DNA of 63,998 bases, the filler included, from Sandaracinaceae bacterium (lineage in GTDB: Bacteria; Myxococcota_A; Polyangia; Polyangiales; JADJQN01), in the NCBI GenBank assembly GCA_947483975.1. It is 11 parts of 11 records of this genome, joined end to end, with 100 filler letters (N's around TTAATTAATTAA, not from the genome) between each part and the next. Parts side by side here need not be neighbours in the genome. Positions count along the whole stretch, not along the records: positions 60,825 to 63,998 come from CANKOL010000498.1; 10 more parts are not named here. The stretch is one strand, 5' to 3'. Below are positions 62,193 to 63,998 of the stretch, in pieces. The translations under genes were made by a program, and so were the position numbers. The notes beneath the pieces are model-generated. The model made no database searches. It was not told where the DNA came from and worked only from the letters and a program-made list of their open reading frames with translations. The first letter of the stretch is position 1, and every line of letters begins with the position of its first letter.

Positions 62193-62328
62193 GTCGCGAT
62201 CCTCCTGTTGCGGTCTGTGGAGGCGTCGGACGAGCGGCCGCGCGGTTTGATCTATCCGTCGCGCTCAGAGGGGTGAGATCCGTCGCCATCAGCGTCGCCC
62301 CGCGGCAAGCTCGGCTGCTCCAGCGCCC

Positions 62329-62372
62329 AAAAAAAACGGAAGGCGGCGCACCCGTTGGGTACACCGCCTTCC
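62329..62372 (-). terminator. Rho-independent terminator
   Basis: Minus strand GGAAGGCGG...CCGCCTTCC stem with inner pairing, followed by G and T8. Confidence 0.85.
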
Positions 62373-62373
62373 A

Positions 62374-62553
62374 CCACCGCAGCGTCATGCTGGGCAGTTT
62401 GGCCCCTGACCGGGTGGGCCCAGCCGCCATAGCTCGAGGGACCTAGATCGCCTCGAGCGTTGCGGCCTCAGCTGAGGCAGACCTCGGTCGAGAAGCCCTT
62501 GGTACTATGCATCTGGTTCATGCCTCCCCCGGCAGTAGCCGGCGCCCTGGGGT
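62374..62553 (-). ncRNA. ssrS: Probable 6S RNA
   Basis: ~180 nt ending at the terminator. UGAACCA...AAGGGCU on the 5' arm pairs with GGGCCCACC...GGUCA on the 3' arm around an asymmetric central bubble, as in deltaproteobacterial 6S RNAs. Ends approximate. Confidence 0.7.
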
Positions 62554-62796
62554 TTCCGGTCGAAGCCGACGAAGCTGTCGGCCGGTCTCTCGGCAGGGCG
62601 TTTCTTGATGGCGCTCGACCCCTCGTGAGAGAGAGCGGGCGACGTTCTGCGTGAGCGAATCTCCGTCGTCGCAGCCGCCCTCCGACGCCTCGCCGGGCGG
62701 GCACTTACGCTGACTCGGACTTCGGATAATTCCGGAGCGCGAGGCTCATCGATCACGGGTGCTTGCTCGTCTTTCACCTGAACTCCGAGCTACCCC

Positions 62797-62825
62797 AGCA
62801 TAATCCCGAGTTCTTTGCGGACCAA
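62797..62825 (-). promoter_or_regulatory. Sigma70-like promoter facing the 6S RNA
   Basis: TTGGTC (62825-62820), 17-nt spacer, TATGCT (62802-62797). Confidence 0.45.
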
Positions 62826-62897
62826 CGATTTTGTCGTGAACTCCCCGCAAAAAGACGCTCGCTAGAACGTTTGTGTGTGCGCGCCGTCCAACCCCGC

Positions 62898-63998
62898 GTG
62901 TCGCCCCACACCCACGCTCGACTGGCACGCATCGCGACGCTGTTCTTGCTGCTCTCGGCTGCGACGCGCGCGCACGCAGAGCCGGTGTTGCGCATCGTCG
63001 CCGTGGCGCCGAGCGGCGCGACGGTGACTGCGCACGCGGTCCAAGCGCGGGTCGGCGAGGAGGTCGTCCTCTCGCTCGAGCTGCGCGACGGGGGACGCGC
63101 GCTGCCGCTCCCCGACGGGACGCGCGTCGTGTGGCTGCGCGTCGAGCCTCGGATGTTTCACGTCGCGCTGCCGCCGGCGAACCCGGGCCGGCAGACGTAC
63201 AGCAACAGCGTGCTCTTCGGGCCGCATCACGGGGATTGGCTCGGCTTCGACACGATCGAGTACGACGAGCGCCCGCTCGAGGCTGGCGCCGAGGTCAGCT
63301 TCGACGGCGCCCGCGTGCGCCTGCGCGGCGCGCGCACGGCGGACCCGCAGCGCGATGCGCTCGGCGCCGCGGGGTCGATGTGGCTCGCCGCCGAGGCGCG
63401 CCTCCCGGATGGGCGCAAGCTGCACACCGCGGGCGCGCGCGACGTGGACCGCCTGGGGCTCTCGCCGAGCGTGCAGCGCGTCAGCTTCCGCGAGGGCGAC
63501 GACTTCATCGGCTGGCTCTCGACGTACGAGCACGTGCCCGATGTCTTCGGGTCGTCGGGTGGGCGCGGGGCGACGCATCAGTCGGACCGCTACGTCGGCG
63601 CGGATTGCATGGACCTGATGACGGGCGCGGCGCGCGCGATGGGGCGCACGGACCTGGCGCACGCCAGCGTCTCGGCGCTCCCGACGCTCGCGGCGCCGGT
63701 CAGCGACGTGCTCGCGATCGGCGAGGACGCGGTCGTGCGGGACGAGCGCGGGGTGCCCGTCGTGCTCCGCTGGGGCGTCGACGTGCAGCGCGGCGACCTG
63801 ATCGCGCTCGACTACGGCGACGACCCGGAGAACTCGCTGCCGCGCGCCTGGGACCACGTCGGCGCGCTGGTCGGCGACGCCGCCGAGGGCGCGCGCGGCG
63901 TGTTCGACGCGAGCGACGCCTACCGCAACATGACGGGCCGCGGCGTGCGCGACGTCGCGCTCGGGCGCGAGCTACCGCTGCGCGTGCGCATCTGGCGC
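62898..63998 (+). CDS. Secreted protein with NlpC/P60-like Cys/His motifs (runs off the window)
   Basis: Signal peptide ending AHA-EP; YVGADCMDL and WDHVGAL; GC3-rich frame, absent from the ORF track, consistent with no stop inside the window. Confidence 0.7.
   Translation, partial: MSPHTHARLARIATLFLLLSAATRAHAEPVLRIVAVAPSGATVTAHAVQARVGEEVVLSLELRDGGRALPLPDGTRVVWLRVEPRMFHVALPPANPGRQTYSNSVLFGPHHGDWLGFDTIEYDERPLEAGAEVSFDGARVRLRGARTADPQRDALGAAGSMWLAAEARLPDGRKLHTAGARDVDRLGLSPSVQRVSFREGDDFIGWLSTYEHVPDVFGSSGGRGATHQSDRYVGADCMDLMTGAARAMGRTDLAHASVSALPTLAAPVSDVLAIGEDAVVRDERGVPVVLRWGVDVQRGDLIALDYGDDPENSLPRAWDHVGALVGDAAEGARGVFDASDAYRNMTGRGVRDVALGRELPLRVRIWR

Noticed and set aside
62338..62376. TCCACCA suggesting a tRNA/tmRNA 3' end
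   Set aside because: No T-loop or cloverleaf; the sequence is the terminator stem of the minus-strand RNA.
62505..62777. 90-aa ORF (MKDEQAPV...) with GGAG/GTG start
   Set aside because: Poor GC3 bias, low-complexity product and overlap with the 6S-like RNA; not called, though a leader peptide cannot be excluded.

Overview
This is not one locus. The window is 11 short (~6 kb) high-GC contigs of a fragmented assembly, joined by artificial 100-nt N/TTAATTAATTAA linkers, so adjacency holds only within a contig. Gene content (Ser/Thr kinases, Cys-rich lipoproteins, VWA proteins) suggests Myxococcota (inference). Contig 1 looks like a defence/mobile island: an IS1182-type end interrupting a small gene, an SF2 helicase fused to TerB and zinc-ribbon domains, a coupled HNH + DUF429 pair, and a res-like repeat cluster. 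The notable redox loci are an EF-hand NOX5/RBOH-like NADPH oxidase translationally coupled to a multiheme cytochrome c lipoprotein, and a 1224-aa decaheme MtrC/OmcA-like lipoprotein with an FNR-like box and a downstream palindromic repeat array. Also present: an 8-gene TetR/cupin/cytochrome b561/MacAB-like operon, kamD-kamE-kal, a triple-REC nucleotide cyclase next to a CheB-like gene, glnB-glnA-psd, rib genes with nusB, and a probable 6S RNA with a long structured leader. All family assignments come from motif recognition by eye; no searches were run.
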